Source: Elusimicrobiaceae bacterium (GTDB lineage: Bacteria; Elusimicrobiota; Elusimicrobia; Elusimicrobiales; Elusimicrobiaceae). From it: a DNA stretch of 64,000 nt. Numbering within the stretch: position 1 is the stretch's first letter; each line of letters begins with the position of its first letter. A model generated the notes under the pieces. It had not been told where the DNA came from. It did no database searches and saw nothing but the letters and a program-made list of their open reading frames with translations. A program made the position numbers and the translations under genes. Below are positions 1-9,181 of the stretch, in pieces. Where the stretch lies: assembly GCA_017618215.1 (NCBI GenBank), contig JAFZUQ010000001.1:77872-141871 (forward strand), written 5' to 3'.

Positions 1-40
1 AGTCTAAGCAGAACTACTCGGTTGCTTATTTATATTGGAT

Positions 41-637
41 TTATCTTAATCGTTCAAGTTCTCTTTCATATTGCGCTTTTTCGCTATTGTATTTTGAGAT
101 TTCGTTTTGAGCATTTCTAATATCTTCTTGTGCTTTTGCAACTTTTGCATCATCTTTCAGTATAGTGTTCAAATCAACAAGTGATTGTGATGCCTTAATC
201 TTTGTTTCTTCAAAATCTATAAGTTTTTCTACGCCACCTATCGCACCTTCAAGAGTTTTTATCCTGTCTTTACGTTGTGCTTCGTCTCGTTGGCGTTGAT
301 AATATTCATCTCGTTCTTGTTGGTAGATTTGGTCCAGCTTATAGTCAGTTGAGTCATAATAAGAAGGGCATTTGGTAGGCGTGGATACCCTTGTAATTAA
401 ATTATCCGGCCCTACGATAACAAGGGTTTCACCTGTTTTTGAGGAGTCATAATAACAGCTCTTTTTGAAAGAAAAAACCGTATTACCGTCTTGTAAAGTA
501 TATTGTGAAGTGGGAACGCCATTGGTTGTTACATAATTATCAAAATTTTGCCCGGTCCAAACAACTTTCGGTTGTTGAAAAGTTGCACACGCAGAGAGTA
601 GGAAAATACTTATAAATAAAGCAATATTCTTTTTCAT
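41..637 (-). CDS. putative lipoprotein with coiled-coil C-terminus (hypothetical)
   Basis: ORF 41..700 trimmed to the ATG at 637, which has GGAAGGTG about 6 nt upstream. Signal MKKNIALFISIFLLSAC has a lipobox-like LSAC. C-terminal half is rich in Q/E/R/K. Confidence 0.6.
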   Translation of the reverse strand: MKKNIALFISIFLLSACATFQQPKVVWTGQNFDNYVTTNGVPTSQYTLQDGNTVFSFKKSCYYDSSKTGETLVIVGPDNLITRVSTPTKCPSYYDSTDYKLDQIYQQERDEYYQRQRDEAQRKDRIKTLEGAIGGVEKLIDFEETKIKASQSLVDLNTILKDDAKVAKAQEDIRNAQNEISKYNSEKAQYERELERLR

Positions 638-773
638 AAGAGTCACCTTCCTTGTATAGTTCTTATAACTATAACGTATAACTATCAAAAAATATTGCAA
701 ATTTTATTTTTATCTCAATATTTGTTATAATATATTGTCTTAAGAAAATAATTTTTAAGATTTACAATTTGTT

Positions 774-864
774 GGAGAGATGGCCGAGTGGTTGAAGGCA
801 ACGGTTTGCTAAACCGTCATACGAGGTATTCCTTGTATCGAGGGTTCGAATCCCTCTCTCTCCG
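774..864 (+). tRNA. tRNA-Ser (anticodon GCU), class II with long variable arm
   Basis: Hand-folded cloverleaf. Acceptor GGAGAGA/TCTCTCC, anticodon stem ACGGT/ACCGT with loop TTGCTAA, 22-nt variable arm, T arm GAGGG-TTCGAAT-CCCTC, discriminator G. 91 nt. Confidence 0.9.
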
Positions 865-873
865 AAGAGATTT

Positions 874-900
874 ACCCTCCTTTACGGAGGGTTAATTTTT
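874..900 (+). terminator. intrinsic terminator after tRNA-Ser
   Basis: Stem ACCCTCC/GGAGGGT with loop TTTAC, followed by TAATTTTT. Confidence 0.6.
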
Positions 901-925
901 ATCCATTAATCTTAATTTCCTGACA

Positions 926-968
926 AATAAAAACCCCCGCGTTAAACTTAAACGCGGGGGAAATTTTT
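926..968 (-). terminator. intrinsic terminator of ppdK (probably bidirectional)
   Basis: Stem CCCCCGCG (934-941) / CGCGGGGG (953-960), flanked by an A-run on one side and a T-run on the other. Lies 36 nt past the ppdK stop. Confidence 0.75.
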
Positions 969-995
969 ACTTAATTTTTTACCAAACAACTAAAA

Positions 996-3734
996 CTATT
1001 TAGTTTTTTTGGCTGCTGCTTGTGCTGCTGCAAGGCGTGCTATTGGCACTCTGAACGGTGAGCATGAAACATAGTTGAAACCTTGTTTGTGGCAGAATTC
1101 CACGCTTGAAGGTTCACCGCCGTGTTCACCGCAGATACCGATTTTGAGTTTCGGTTTTACTTGGCGGCCTGCTTTGACAGCGTGTTTGATTAAGAAACCG
1201 ACACCTTCCTGATCCAAGATTTGGAAAGGATCGTTCTTTAAAACACCTTGTTCAATGTAGGACGGAACAAATGCACCGATATCGTCACGTGAGAAGCCGA
1301 AAGTCATTTGAGTCAAGTCATTAGTACCGAAAGAGTAGAAATCCGCAACTTGTGCAATTTTGTCTGAAGTAATTGCAGCTCTCGGGATTTCGATCATGGT
1401 ACCGACATGATATTCAAATTTCTTACCGTATTTTTTGCTGACTTCTTTATAGGCTTCTTCAATTAACGGTTTTTGGGAGATAATTTCTTTATCGATACAA
1501 ACAACAGGAATCATGATTTCCGGCTTAATCTTTAAACCTTCTTTCATAAGTTCTGCTGCTGCTTCAAAAATTGCGCGTGCTTGCATGGAAGTAATTTCCG
1601 GGTAAGTTACGCCTAAGCGGATACCGCGGTGGCCCATCATCGGGTTAACTTCGGCTAAAGCGTCGGCGCGTTTATAGAATTCAGTTTCGCCGATTTTTAA
1701 AGCTTTGCAAATTGCGGCAACGGCATCTTTGCTATGCGGAATAAATTCGTGTAAAGGTGGATCCATTAAACGAATTGTTACAGGGTGGCCGGCCATTGCT
1801 TTTAAGGTTGCCTTAATATCGTTCTTCATGTAAGGGAAGATTTCATTTAAGGCTTTAACGCGTTCTTCTGTGGTGGTTGATAAAACCATTTTACGTAATG
1901 CGAACAAAGGTTTTTCTGAATTTGCACCGTAGAACATGTGTTCAATTCTAAATAAGCCGATACCTTCAGCGCCGAAATCACGTGCTTTTTGTGCATCAGC
2001 CGGGTTATCGGCATTTGCGCGGACACCTAAAGTTCTAACGGAATCGCAGATTTTTAAGAAAGCGGCTAAATTTTTATTTGCTGTGCCGCCGTCTAACATT
2101 GCAAGTTTACCGCCGTAAACTAAACCGCGTGTACCGTTTAAGGTTAAGTAATCACCTTCTTTGAAGGTTTTACCGGCAACGGTCATTGTGCGTTTTGCTA
2201 AATTGACGGAAATATCACTGCAACCTACGATGCAGCATTTACCCCAACCGCGTGCAACGAGTGCAGCGTGTGAAGTCATACCGCCGCGGGCTGTTAAAAT
2301 TGCTTCAGCTGCGCGCATACCTTCAACGTCTTCGGGGTTTGTTTCTTCGCGAACTAAAATTGCTGCTTTGCCTTCTTTGCGTGCTTTAATTGCAGCTTCT
2401 GTATCAAACACGATAAAACCGCAAGCACCGCCGGGGCCGGCAGGCAAACCTTTTGCTAAAGGTTTAGCGGTTTTTTCAGCTTTAGGATCTACGATAGGGT
2501 GTAAAAGTTCATCAAGTTGTGCAGGGCTTACGCGGAGTACAGCTTCTGTTTTATTGATGAGTTTTTCTTTAACCATATCCAAAGCCATCTGCACTGCTGC
2601 AATACCATTGCGTTTACCGACGCGGCATTGTAATAAATATAATTTGCCGTCTTCGATGGTAAACTCAATATCAAGCATGTCTTTAAAATGTTTTTCAAGG
2701 CGTTTTTGAATATCGTTGAGTTGTTTGTAAGCTTTCGGCATTACGGTTTCTAAGAATTTATCGTCATTACCGTGGCCGGAAACGGACCATTTATTAATCG
2801 GGCTCGGTGTGCGGATACCGGCAACAACGTCTTCACCTTGAGCGTTAATAAGATATTCACCGTAGAAATGGCTGTCACCGTTACCGGGGTTTCTGGTAAA
2901 AGCAACGCCGGTTGCGCTTGTCGGGCCCATATTACCGAAGGCCATTGACTGCACGTTTACGGCTGTACCCCAATCGTGTGGGATTTTTTCAATATTTCTG
3001 TATGCTACTGCGCGTTTACCGTTCCAAGAAGCAAACACAGCGCCGATTGCTCCCCAAAGTTGGTCCATAGCATTATCAGGGAATTCTTTGCCCAAAACTT
3101 TTTTAACTGTTGCTTTGAATTTATTGCAAAGTTCTTTGAGTTCTGCGGCGGTTAAATCTGTATCTGATTTATAGCCTTTTTTGGCTTTGACGTCTGCAAG
3201 CATACCGTCTAAGATTTTGCGGATGCCTTGGTCGTCTTTCGGTTCAATACCGGCGGCCTTTTCCATAACGACGTCGGAATACATCATAATTAAACGGCGG
3301 TATGCGTCGTAAACAAAGCGTTCATCACCGGTTCTTGCAATCATACCGGGAATTGTATCTAATGTTAAACCGACGTTCAAAATTGTTTCCATCATACCGG
3401 GCATTGAGCTTCTTGCGCCGGAGCGGACTGAAACTAAAAGCGGATTTGTTTTTGAACCGAAAACTTTGCCTGTTTCCTTTTCAACTTTCTTTAAATTTGC
3501 GGCAACTTCGGCTTTTAAAGATTTCGGGTAAGTTCTGTTATTTTTCCAGTAGTATGTGCACACTTCGGTAGAGATTGTGAAACCGGGCGGCACCGGGAGT
3601 TTGAGTTTCGGGTGGCCTGCCATTTCAGCAAGGTTGGCCCCTTTACCACCAAGTAGTTCCTTCATGGAACCGTTTCCGTCAGCGCGTCCTGCGCCGAAGG
3701 AATAGACATATCCTTTATGTTTTTTTACTGCCAT
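996..3734 (-). CDS. ppdK: pyruvate, phosphate dikinase
   Basis: 912-aa ORF. Phospho-His swivel motif GGMTSHAALVARG, N-terminal ATP-grasp region and C-terminal PEP-utilising TIM-barrel region. GGAGG SD upstream of the ATG. Confidence 0.95.
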   Translation of the reverse strand: MAVKKHKGYVYSFGAGRADGNGSMKELLGGKGANLAEMAGHPKLKLPVPPGFTISTEVCTYYWKNNRTYPKSLKAEVAANLKKVEKETGKVFGSKTNPLLVSVRSGARSSMPGMMETILNVGLTLDTIPGMIARTGDERFVYDAYRRLIMMYSDVVMEKAAGIEPKDDQGIRKILDGMLADVKAKKGYKSDTDLTAAELKELCNKFKATVKKVLGKEFPDNAMDQLWGAIGAVFASWNGKRAVAYRNIEKIPHDWGTAVNVQSMAFGNMGPTSATGVAFTRNPGNGDSHFYGEYLINAQGEDVVAGIRTPSPINKWSVSGHGNDDKFLETVMPKAYKQLNDIQKRLEKHFKDMLDIEFTIEDGKLYLLQCRVGKRNGIAAVQMALDMVKEKLINKTEAVLRVSPAQLDELLHPIVDPKAEKTAKPLAKGLPAGPGGACGFIVFDTEAAIKARKEGKAAILVREETNPEDVEGMRAAEAILTARGGMTSHAALVARGWGKCCIVGCSDISVNLAKRTMTVAGKTFKEGDYLTLNGTRGLVYGGKLAMLDGGTANKNLAAFLKICDSVRTLGVRANADNPADAQKARDFGAEGIGLFRIEHMFYGANSEKPLFALRKMVLSTTTEERVKALNEIFPYMKNDIKATLKAMAGHPVTIRLMDPPLHEFIPHSKDAVAAICKALKIGETEFYKRADALAEVNPMMGHRGIRLGVTYPEITSMQARAIFEAAAELMKEGLKIKPEIMIPVVCIDKEIISQKPLIEEAYKEVSKKYGKKFEYHVGTMIEIPRAAITSDKIAQVADFYSFGTNDLTQMTFGFSRDDIGAFVPSYIEQGVLKNDPFQILDQEGVGFLIKHAVKAGRQVKPKLKIGICGEHGGEPSSVEFCHKQGFNYVSCSPFRVPIARLAAAQAAAKKTK

Positions 3735-3781
3735 GATTCCTCCATAAATTTCGGGTTTCCCCGACTAAATTATTACAATAA

Positions 3782-3790
3782 ATTATACCA
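3782..3790 (-). promoter_or_regulatory. extended -10 promoter (TGGTATAAT) for ppdK
   Basis: Reverse complement of ATTATACCA reads TGGTATAAT, about 48 nt upstream of the ppdK ATG. Confidence 0.5.
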
Positions 3791-3837
3791 TTTTTTGAGA
3801 TATCGTAGTAAAATCGGGAATTTGCAATAATTATTCT

Positions 3838-3967
3838 TTGCCGTCAAAGTCTTTTTGGTAAATTTTGATTTTTCCGCTCCTAGAGTACCGAGAGTCGCTC
3901 CGCTCCCGTTCTTCTTTGTACACGTCGTCGCGGTAAAAATCAAAATTTCCTCAAAAATACTTGCCGG
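3838..3967. repeat. long-hairpin repeat family, copy 1
   Basis: Arm TAAATTTTGATTTTTCCGC / core TCCTAGAGTACCGAGAGTCGCTCCGCTCCCGTTCTTCTTTGTACACGTCGTC / arm GCGGTAAAAATCAAAATTT / flank CCTCAAAAATACTTGCC. Homologous to 11335-11462 and 29829-29957. Confidence 0.8.
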
Positions 3968-4048
3968 ATGTTGCTCACGGTTTGGCTTTATCAAATTTTC
4001 TGCGCGGCGCGAAATTGTTCTCACACGCTGCGGCTCTGTATTCTTAAA

Positions 4049-4163
4049 TCGTCGCGGTAAAAATCAAAATTATTTCCTTTTATTCCGCTCCCCTTTGCTT
4101 GCAAAGGCGGAGAGGTTAGGAGTGGGGTTATAAAATAAAACTTTCCTCAAAAATACTTGCAGG
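4049..4163. repeat. partial second unit of the hairpin repeat (right half duplicated with a roughly 70-nt internal insertion)
   Basis: TCGTCGCGGTAAAAATCAAAATT (4049-4071) and CCTCAAAAATACTTGC (4145-4160) repeat 3924-3947 and 3949-3964. The unit abuts the stop codon of the S8 peptidase gene. Confidence 0.7.
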
Positions 4164-4164
4164 T

Positions 4165-5382
4165 TTAATTCTGTAAACTGTCAATTAAGCGTTTTGGATT
4201 TATAAAATATTTTACCTGATATTGTTTACCCGTGGAATCTTTTACTGGAACGCTATCTGCGGTTTTGCGGGCAATAGAAATAAAATCTTCCATCTTTAAA
4301 TTAGGTTTTGCTTGTTTTGCCAAAGCGGCCACGCCTGCCAAATACGGTACACCCCAACTGAAACCACCGTCTGAATAATAAGCATAATCAGTTTCCCCTG
4401 TTTCACAAGCGGTAACTCTGTAATCAGTAGGTACAAAAATTTTTTTACTTTTTGATATAATTCTCATATCTTCATCTCTATACCAAAAGGGAGGATAATT
4501 ATAGGATGCCAAATCATAGGGGTCTGCATAATATCCATTTCTGCTTATTGCCAAGATATGGTTAGTTGTTAATATCAATACATTTTGCTTTTTAGCATTT
4601 TGTAAAGCAGTTTGAAGTTTATCCGCATCTTTATCATTTTCCGCAAAACCTCTGGAAATGGAAATAATTGATATTTTATTTTTTTTAGGTAAAGTTTTAT
4701 TTAACTCCAAGATATAATTTATTGCTTCGGCAATCGGACCTGCATCAAAAATATGACTTTGTTTGTCTACATTAAATTGAGCAGCTACAAAATATAAATC
4801 TGCACTGGGTGCTACACCTATATTTTTACCGACTGCAATAGAAGATACAGCTGTCCCATGCATAGTGCCTTCCTTCCCAACTGTAAAATTTTTATAATAT
4901 TTAATATTATTTTTATACTCTTGGTGGGAAGATAAAGGCTGATCAATAATAGCCAAACCTACGCCTTTACCCGTAATACCTCTTGCATGCAATTCTTTGA
5001 TATTTAAACCGGGTGTTTTACCTATTTTATTTATTTGTTCCAAGTCAAACCAATCAGGCATTGTTGAAGGCCATATTGTGCTATCATTAAAAGAAAGTTT
5101 ATTTATAATATCTTCCGGTAATTTTGCAAAATCTACGTCCGACACATCACAATATCTTATATCTATTTCGGGGGAATTTAAATTATTTAATTTTGCTTTA
5201 CATTCTTCTTTATTTTCCATATCCGTAGAATAAGGTTCTAAATCATCTGAGAGATATTCCTCTTTACCGGAAGAAATGCCGTTTACTATATCTTGTTTAA
5301 TCTCGTATATGTCAAGATACATTCCACAAAACAACAAACAACCAACTAGTATGCAAATAATATAATAATATCTCTTTTTCAT
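4165..5382 (-). CDS. membrane-anchored subtilisin-like (S8) serine peptidase
   Basis: 405 aa with an N-terminal TM helix. Asp-His-Ser order: GLAIIDQ, GTMHGTAVSS, GFSWGVPYLAGVAALA. AAGGAG SD. Confidence 0.65.
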   Translation of the reverse strand: MKKRYYYIICILVGCLLFCGMYLDIYEIKQDIVNGISSGKEEYLSDDLEPYSTDMENKEECKAKLNNLNSPEIDIRYCDVSDVDFAKLPEDIINKLSFNDSTIWPSTMPDWFDLEQINKIGKTPGLNIKELHARGITGKGVGLAIIDQPLSSHQEYKNNIKYYKNFTVGKEGTMHGTAVSSIAVGKNIGVAPSADLYFVAAQFNVDKQSHIFDAGPIAEAINYILELNKTLPKKNKISIISISRGFAENDKDADKLQTALQNAKKQNVLILTTNHILAISRNGYYADPYDLASYNYPPFWYRDEDMRIISKSKKIFVPTDYRVTACETGETDYAYYSDGGFSWGVPYLAGVAALAKQAKPNLKMEDFISIARKTADSVPVKDSTGKQYQVKYFINPKRLIDSLQN

Positions 5383-5505
5383 CTTACTCTCCTTAACTCA
5401 ATTCGCACAATATTTTGTATTTTTATATAGGTAAATTATAGAAAGAAAGGAAAAGCAAGTCAAGGTAGTTCTCTTTAACTTAAAACTTATGTAATATAAA
5501 TTGGT

Positions 5506-6201
5506 TTATAGCTTATACACGAAAGAGAGTAATGCATCCTTTGTGCCGTCGCGGCGGTAAGAAAAGAAATCTTTTTTATTGCAACATGTGCATTGGCAAT
5601 GGCAACCGGTTTGTATTTCTTTTTCATCAACACCGGCAGAGGTAAGTTGTAAAATTATTGCCTTATCAAGGTCTACAAAAATTTTATTTTTCCGTTGTAT
5701 AATTGTTTCTTTTGGGAAGCGGCTTGCAACATCTTCTTTAACTTCAAAGCAGCAATCTTTAATATGCGGGCCGATATAGGCCTGTAATTTTTCTTGTGTT
5801 TTTGCTTTAATCATTTCTGCCGCTTTTTTAGGCAATTCTTGCACAATACCGCGCCAGCCACAATGCGTTAAAGAAACATATTTACCGTCAGCGGACCATA
5901 AATAAAGCGGTACGCAATCGGCAGTTAAAATCATTACACCAGTTTGGGGTAAAGATAAAAGCCAACCGTCCGCTTCGTGTAAATTTTGTGATTTATATGC
6001 GGCTAAATCTTCGTCAGAATTTATGTTGATAATTTTGTCTTCATGCACTTGTTTTAAGCCAAGTATTTTGGAGAGGGGGATACCCAAACTTTCAAAAATT
6101 TTTGCGGCAATTTCTTTATCGCGTGCTGAACCAAAATCCCGCCCAACAGTGCCGGAAATTATACCCAAATTTATTAATCTTTCGTCGGAATAAATATTCA
6201 T
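5506..6201 (-). CDS. pgeF: peptidoglycan editing factor PgeF (YfiH/DUF152 family)
   Basis: Motifs QVHEDKI, TADCVPL and HCGWRG. Overlaps the murI stop by 4 nt. Confidence 0.8.
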   Translation of the reverse strand: MNIYSDERLINLGIISGTVGRDFGSARDKEIAAKIFESLGIPLSKILGLKQVHEDKIININSDEDLAAYKSQNLHEADGWLLSLPQTGVMILTADCVPLYLWSADGKYVSLTHCGWRGIVQELPKKAAEMIKAKTQEKLQAYIGPHIKDCCFEVKEDVASRFPKETIIQRKNKIFVDLDKAIILQLTSAGVDEKEIQTGCHCQCTCCNKKDFFSYRRDGTKDALLSFVYKL

Positions 6202-6995
6202 TTTGCTAACTCTGCTTTAATAGATTTTTGGTTTAAAATTGCTTTGGCTAAAGTTTCAAAATGTTTTGGTGCATCACTTGTGTATGCTCTAATTTTGGCT
6301 TTAGTTTTAGACGTATTTAATAATTTTTTTTGTGCCAAAATATTTTTTGTTTCAAGTGCGGTGTTATGTGCGGAGTCAATTAATTTAACACTCGATCCTA
6401 GCATTTTTGCAATTTGATTTTTAATTATTGGGTAATGCGTGCAACCCAAAATTAAAGTATCCGCGCCGCATTTTTTAACAGGTGCAAGATAATATTTAAG
6501 CATTGTAGGCAGTAAAGTTTTAAGCAATTTTTTATCTTCAATCAAAGGTACTAAAAGCGGGCAGGCAAATTGGTAAACTTTTAAATTTTTATTTAATTTT
6601 GAAATAGTATTTTTATAACTGTTACTGTTTACCGTTGCTTGCGTTGCTATGACGGCAATTTTACCGTTTTTTGTTGTTTTTACCGCCTGTTTTGCAGCCG
6701 GCATTAAAACACCGAGTAAACCCACTTTTGCAATTTTTTTAATGCTTGGCAAAGCCAAAGCAGACGCGGTGTTGCAACCGACAATAATAAATTTAACTTT
6801 TTTATTTTCCAAAAATTTTACTATTTCCGTTGAATATTTTGTAACAGCTGTTTTTGATTTATTACCGTACGGGACATGTGCGGTATCGCCAAAATAAATG
6901 ATATTTTCAGATGGCAAAACAACTTGCAAGGCTTTTAAAATGGTAAGCCCACCTACGCCGGAATCAAATAAACCGATCGGGGCCTTATTTTGCAT
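6198..6995 (-). CDS. murI: glutamate racemase
   Basis: GLFDSGVGGLT plus catalytic Cys motifs GCNTAS and GCTHYP. 265 aa. Confidence 0.9.
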   Translation of the reverse strand: MQNKAPIGLFDSGVGGLTILKALQVVLPSENIIYFGDTAHVPYGNKSKTAVTKYSTEIVKFLENKKVKFIIVGCNTASALALPSIKKIAKVGLLGVLMPAAKQAVKTTKNGKIAVIATQATVNSNSYKNTISKLNKNLKVYQFACPLLVPLIEDKKLLKTLLPTMLKYYLAPVKKCGADTLILGCTHYPIIKNQIAKMLGSSVKLIDSAHNTALETKNILAQKKLLNTSKTKAKIRAYTSDAPKHFETLAKAILNQKSIKAELAK

Positions 6996-6996
6996 A

Positions 6997-7728
6997 TTAG
7001 AACCTTACGCCGAAATTGGCTTCATAACCAACGCCGTAAGAAGCAAAATTTGCGGCAATACTCATGTCCATATAATTAGGCAATTTGAAGTTTAAACCGG
7101 CTGTTCCGCGTGCGGTTGTGGAGTATGATTTTTTATCAAGCAAACTTGCATCTGCGGCACTTTCCACAGTAAGCACCATATAATCAACTCCGGCACCGAT
7201 ATAAGGCGTGACATAAGGGGTTTTAAAGGATACAACCAAATCACCACTATAATGTGATACGGAAAAATCACGATACACACCTGATTGCGCTAAAGTAACA
7301 ATCATAGCTTGGAAAGTATAATTTTCGTCACGGGGGCGCGTTATGCCCCATTTTAGGCCGCCGCCTGCAAGGGTTAAACCGTCATAAGAGATGGCGCGGA
7401 TAAAACCGTCCAAGCGGAAAGGTAAGCCGATTTCACCTTGAATAAGTGGCATAAATAAATTTTTATTATCATCACGCGGACCAAGGGCTGTATTGTTTTT
7501 ATTTAATCTGGGAACCCAAACACCGTGCATTGAAAGCTGAAAGCCGCCCCAACCCAAAATACGCCCGGTGGTATAAGAAGATGCACCAAGCATGCCTGCC
7601 AAATCTTTGGAAAAATAAGGCAAGTTTTCTGCCGTAACATTATCACGAAAGCCATTGAAAGAAGATATGGCCATTGCAAATGTTGGCGTAAAAAATAAAG
7701 CTAAAAATAAAAGTTTTTTAAATTTCAT
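6997..7728 (-). CDS. putative outer-membrane beta-barrel protein
   Basis: Signal peptide MKFKKLLFLALFFTPTFAMA, alternating aromatic/glycine beta-strand pattern and a C-terminal Phe (..NFGVRF). Confidence 0.55.
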   Translation of the reverse strand: MKFKKLLFLALFFTPTFAMAISSFNGFRDNVTAENLPYFSKDLAGMLGASSYTTGRILGWGGFQLSMHGVWVPRLNKNNTALGPRDDNKNLFMPLIQGEIGLPFRLDGFIRAISYDGLTLAGGGLKWGITRPRDENYTFQAMIVTLAQSGVYRDFSVSHYSGDLVVSFKTPYVTPYIGAGVDYMVLTVESAADASLLDKKSYSTTARGTAGLNFKLPNYMDMSIAANFASYGVGYEANFGVRF

Positions 7729-7756
7729 AATAATCCCCTAATTAATTATATAAAAA

Positions 7757-8098
7757 CTAGAGCGAAAGTGCCAAAATTTCACCTTTTTTAATGCGTCCTT
7801 TCAAAGTCCCCGACGGGAGTTCTATCGTATACCTAGACTTTAAAAACAAAGGGCTTATGCGCCACGGCGGCATATTTTCAATAACATGCACAACTTTTAA
7901 ATCTTTATCCAAAAAAATTACGTCAATATTAAACCTCATAAAACAAGTATGAATTTGTGTGCAGGGTTTTAAAATTATTCCGCTTCCGGACGGCAAATTT
8001 TTTTTAAACATCAGCCCGATAAGACGGCTGAAATATGTGTCATGCATCTTTAAATTATCGGCAAAAAGTTCTTGTGTTTTGGGGTTAAAACATTTCAT
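7757..8098 (-). CDS. DUF192 domain protein
   Basis: 113 aa. The pattern ..RLIGLMF..GIILKPC..IHTCFMRFNIDVIFLD.. resembles the DUF192/COG1430 family (recall). Confidence 0.6.
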   Translation of the reverse strand: MKCFNPKTQELFADNLKMHDTYFSRLIGLMFKKNLPSGSGIILKPCTQIHTCFMRFNIDVIFLDKDLKVVHVIENMPPWRISPLFLKSRYTIELPSGTLKGRIKKGEILALSL

Positions 8099-8628
8099 AA
8101 TAAATATTTTATTTCCTTAATTAACCAATTTCTAAAATTCTTTTTATATTTTTTGTTTAAAAATTTTAAATCTTGCGGCGTTTTTATACGATATATTACC
8201 TTATTTTCCTTATGGTAACTTGAAATTAAAAATACTGCGCTTATATCTCTGTCAAAAGAAACTTTTGCTACAACTAAATCTTTATCTTGAACTTTTCTTG
8301 CACTCATTAGTGAATAAAGAGAAGTTTTACATTTTGTTCTCATGTCGCAAATGCCTTCAAAACAAGAAATAATGTGGTTAGCAAAATCCTTGTTTAAAAC
8401 TGCAATATTTTCAAATTCTCCGTCGTCTTTTTCAAATATTACGGTTTGAATAACTGAGTTTTTATTTAAAGACACATTTTTGATCTGAAGAGTTTTACAA
8501 AAAGTTATTGTTGCTTCGCCGTCATCTTCCGGTTTAAAAGCAGACACTTCAAGCGCCGAAACGCTTGAAGTTGTCATGCCAAATAGGAAAATTAAAACTA
8601 AAAACTTAATCGTTAACCCTTTCAACAT
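8095..8628 (-). CDS. secreted hypothetical protein
   Basis: ORF trimmed to the Met giving signal peptide MLKGLTIKFLVLIFLFGMTTSSVSA. This start still overlaps the efp 3' end by 23 nt. Confidence 0.5.
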   Translation of the reverse strand: MLKGLTIKFLVLIFLFGMTTSSVSALEVSAFKPEDDGEATITFCKTLQIKNVSLNKNSVIQTVIFEKDDGEFENIAVLNKDFANHIISCFEGICDMRTKCKTSLYSLMSARKVQDKDLVVAKVSFDRDISAVFLISSYHKENKVIYRIKTPQDLKFLNKKYKKNFRNWLIKEIKYLL

Positions 8629-9172
8629 AGGTGTCAGTTCTTGTATCAATTCTGATTTTATCGCCTTCATTGATAAAGAGCGGAACCTTAATTTCAATAC
8701 CGCCTTCCAAGGTAGCTGGCTTTGTCATGTTTGAAACAGTGTCACCTTTTACGCCGGGAACTGTCGAAGTAACTTTTAAATCAACTTTAATCGGCAATTG
8801 AATATTGAAAAGTACACCGTCAAAGAAAAGACCGATAACTTCCATATTGTCAACCAAATATTTTTCTTGTTTACCGAGTTTCGCAAGTGGTACGCCGATT
8901 TGTTCAAAAGATTCCGCGTCCATAAAATAAGCCATATCACCTTCTTTGTAAAGGAAGTTATGGGGGCGTTTTTCAATAGAGACTTCTTCAAATTTATCTT
9001 CGGGGCGGTAACTTGTTTCAATGAGTGAGCCTGTATTTAAATTTTTGAGTTTGACACGGACGACTGCACGTGCCTGTGATTTGCGATGGTGTTGATATTC
9101 TAAAATTTCAACCAGTTCACCATTTTCGTTTTTAAAAATTAAACCTTCTTTAAATTGAGGTGTTCCTATCAT
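8606..9172 (-). CDS. efp: elongation factor P
   Basis: 188 aa with full-length EF-P-like sequence (three-domain size, ..KPATLEGG.. region). Confidence 0.9.
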   Translation of the reverse strand: MIGTPQFKEGLIFKNENGELVEILEYQHHRKSQARAVVRVKLKNLNTGSLIETSYRPEDKFEEVSIEKRPHNFLYKEGDMAYFMDAESFEQIGVPLAKLGKQEKYLVDNMEVIGLFFDGVLFNIQLPIKVDLKVTSTVPGVKGDTVSNMTKPATLEGGIEIKVPLFINEGDKIRIDTRTDTYVERVND

Positions 9173-9181
9173 AATATTCTC

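Noticed and set aside
1936-3571. Plus-strand ORFs 1936-2118, 2161-2709 and 3302-3571 inside the ppdK region.
   Set aside because: They are antisense to a full-length, motif-complete 912-aa ppdK. They have low-complexity Ala/Ser/Pro-rich translations typical of antisense frames and no SD.
3773-4133. ORFs 3773-4024 (-) and 3855-4133 (+) in the ppdK upstream gap.
   Set aside because: They lie entirely within the hairpin repeat array. The homologous cores at 11335-11462 and 29829-29957 lack start codons, and copy 3 has two 1-nt indels that break the frame. The region is therefore repeat sequence, not coding.
8629-8697. Longer N-terminal extension of the 8095 ORF, and similar 5' extensions at 638-700, 19288-19344, 20144-20191, 29729-29764, 31083-31175, 47080-47130, 53058-53147 and 57024-57050.
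   Set aside because: In each case an internal ATG has a proper SD and/or yields a canonical N-terminus (signal peptide, S15 start, MreD start overlapping the mreC stop). The extension overlaps the upstream gene or its promoter region.
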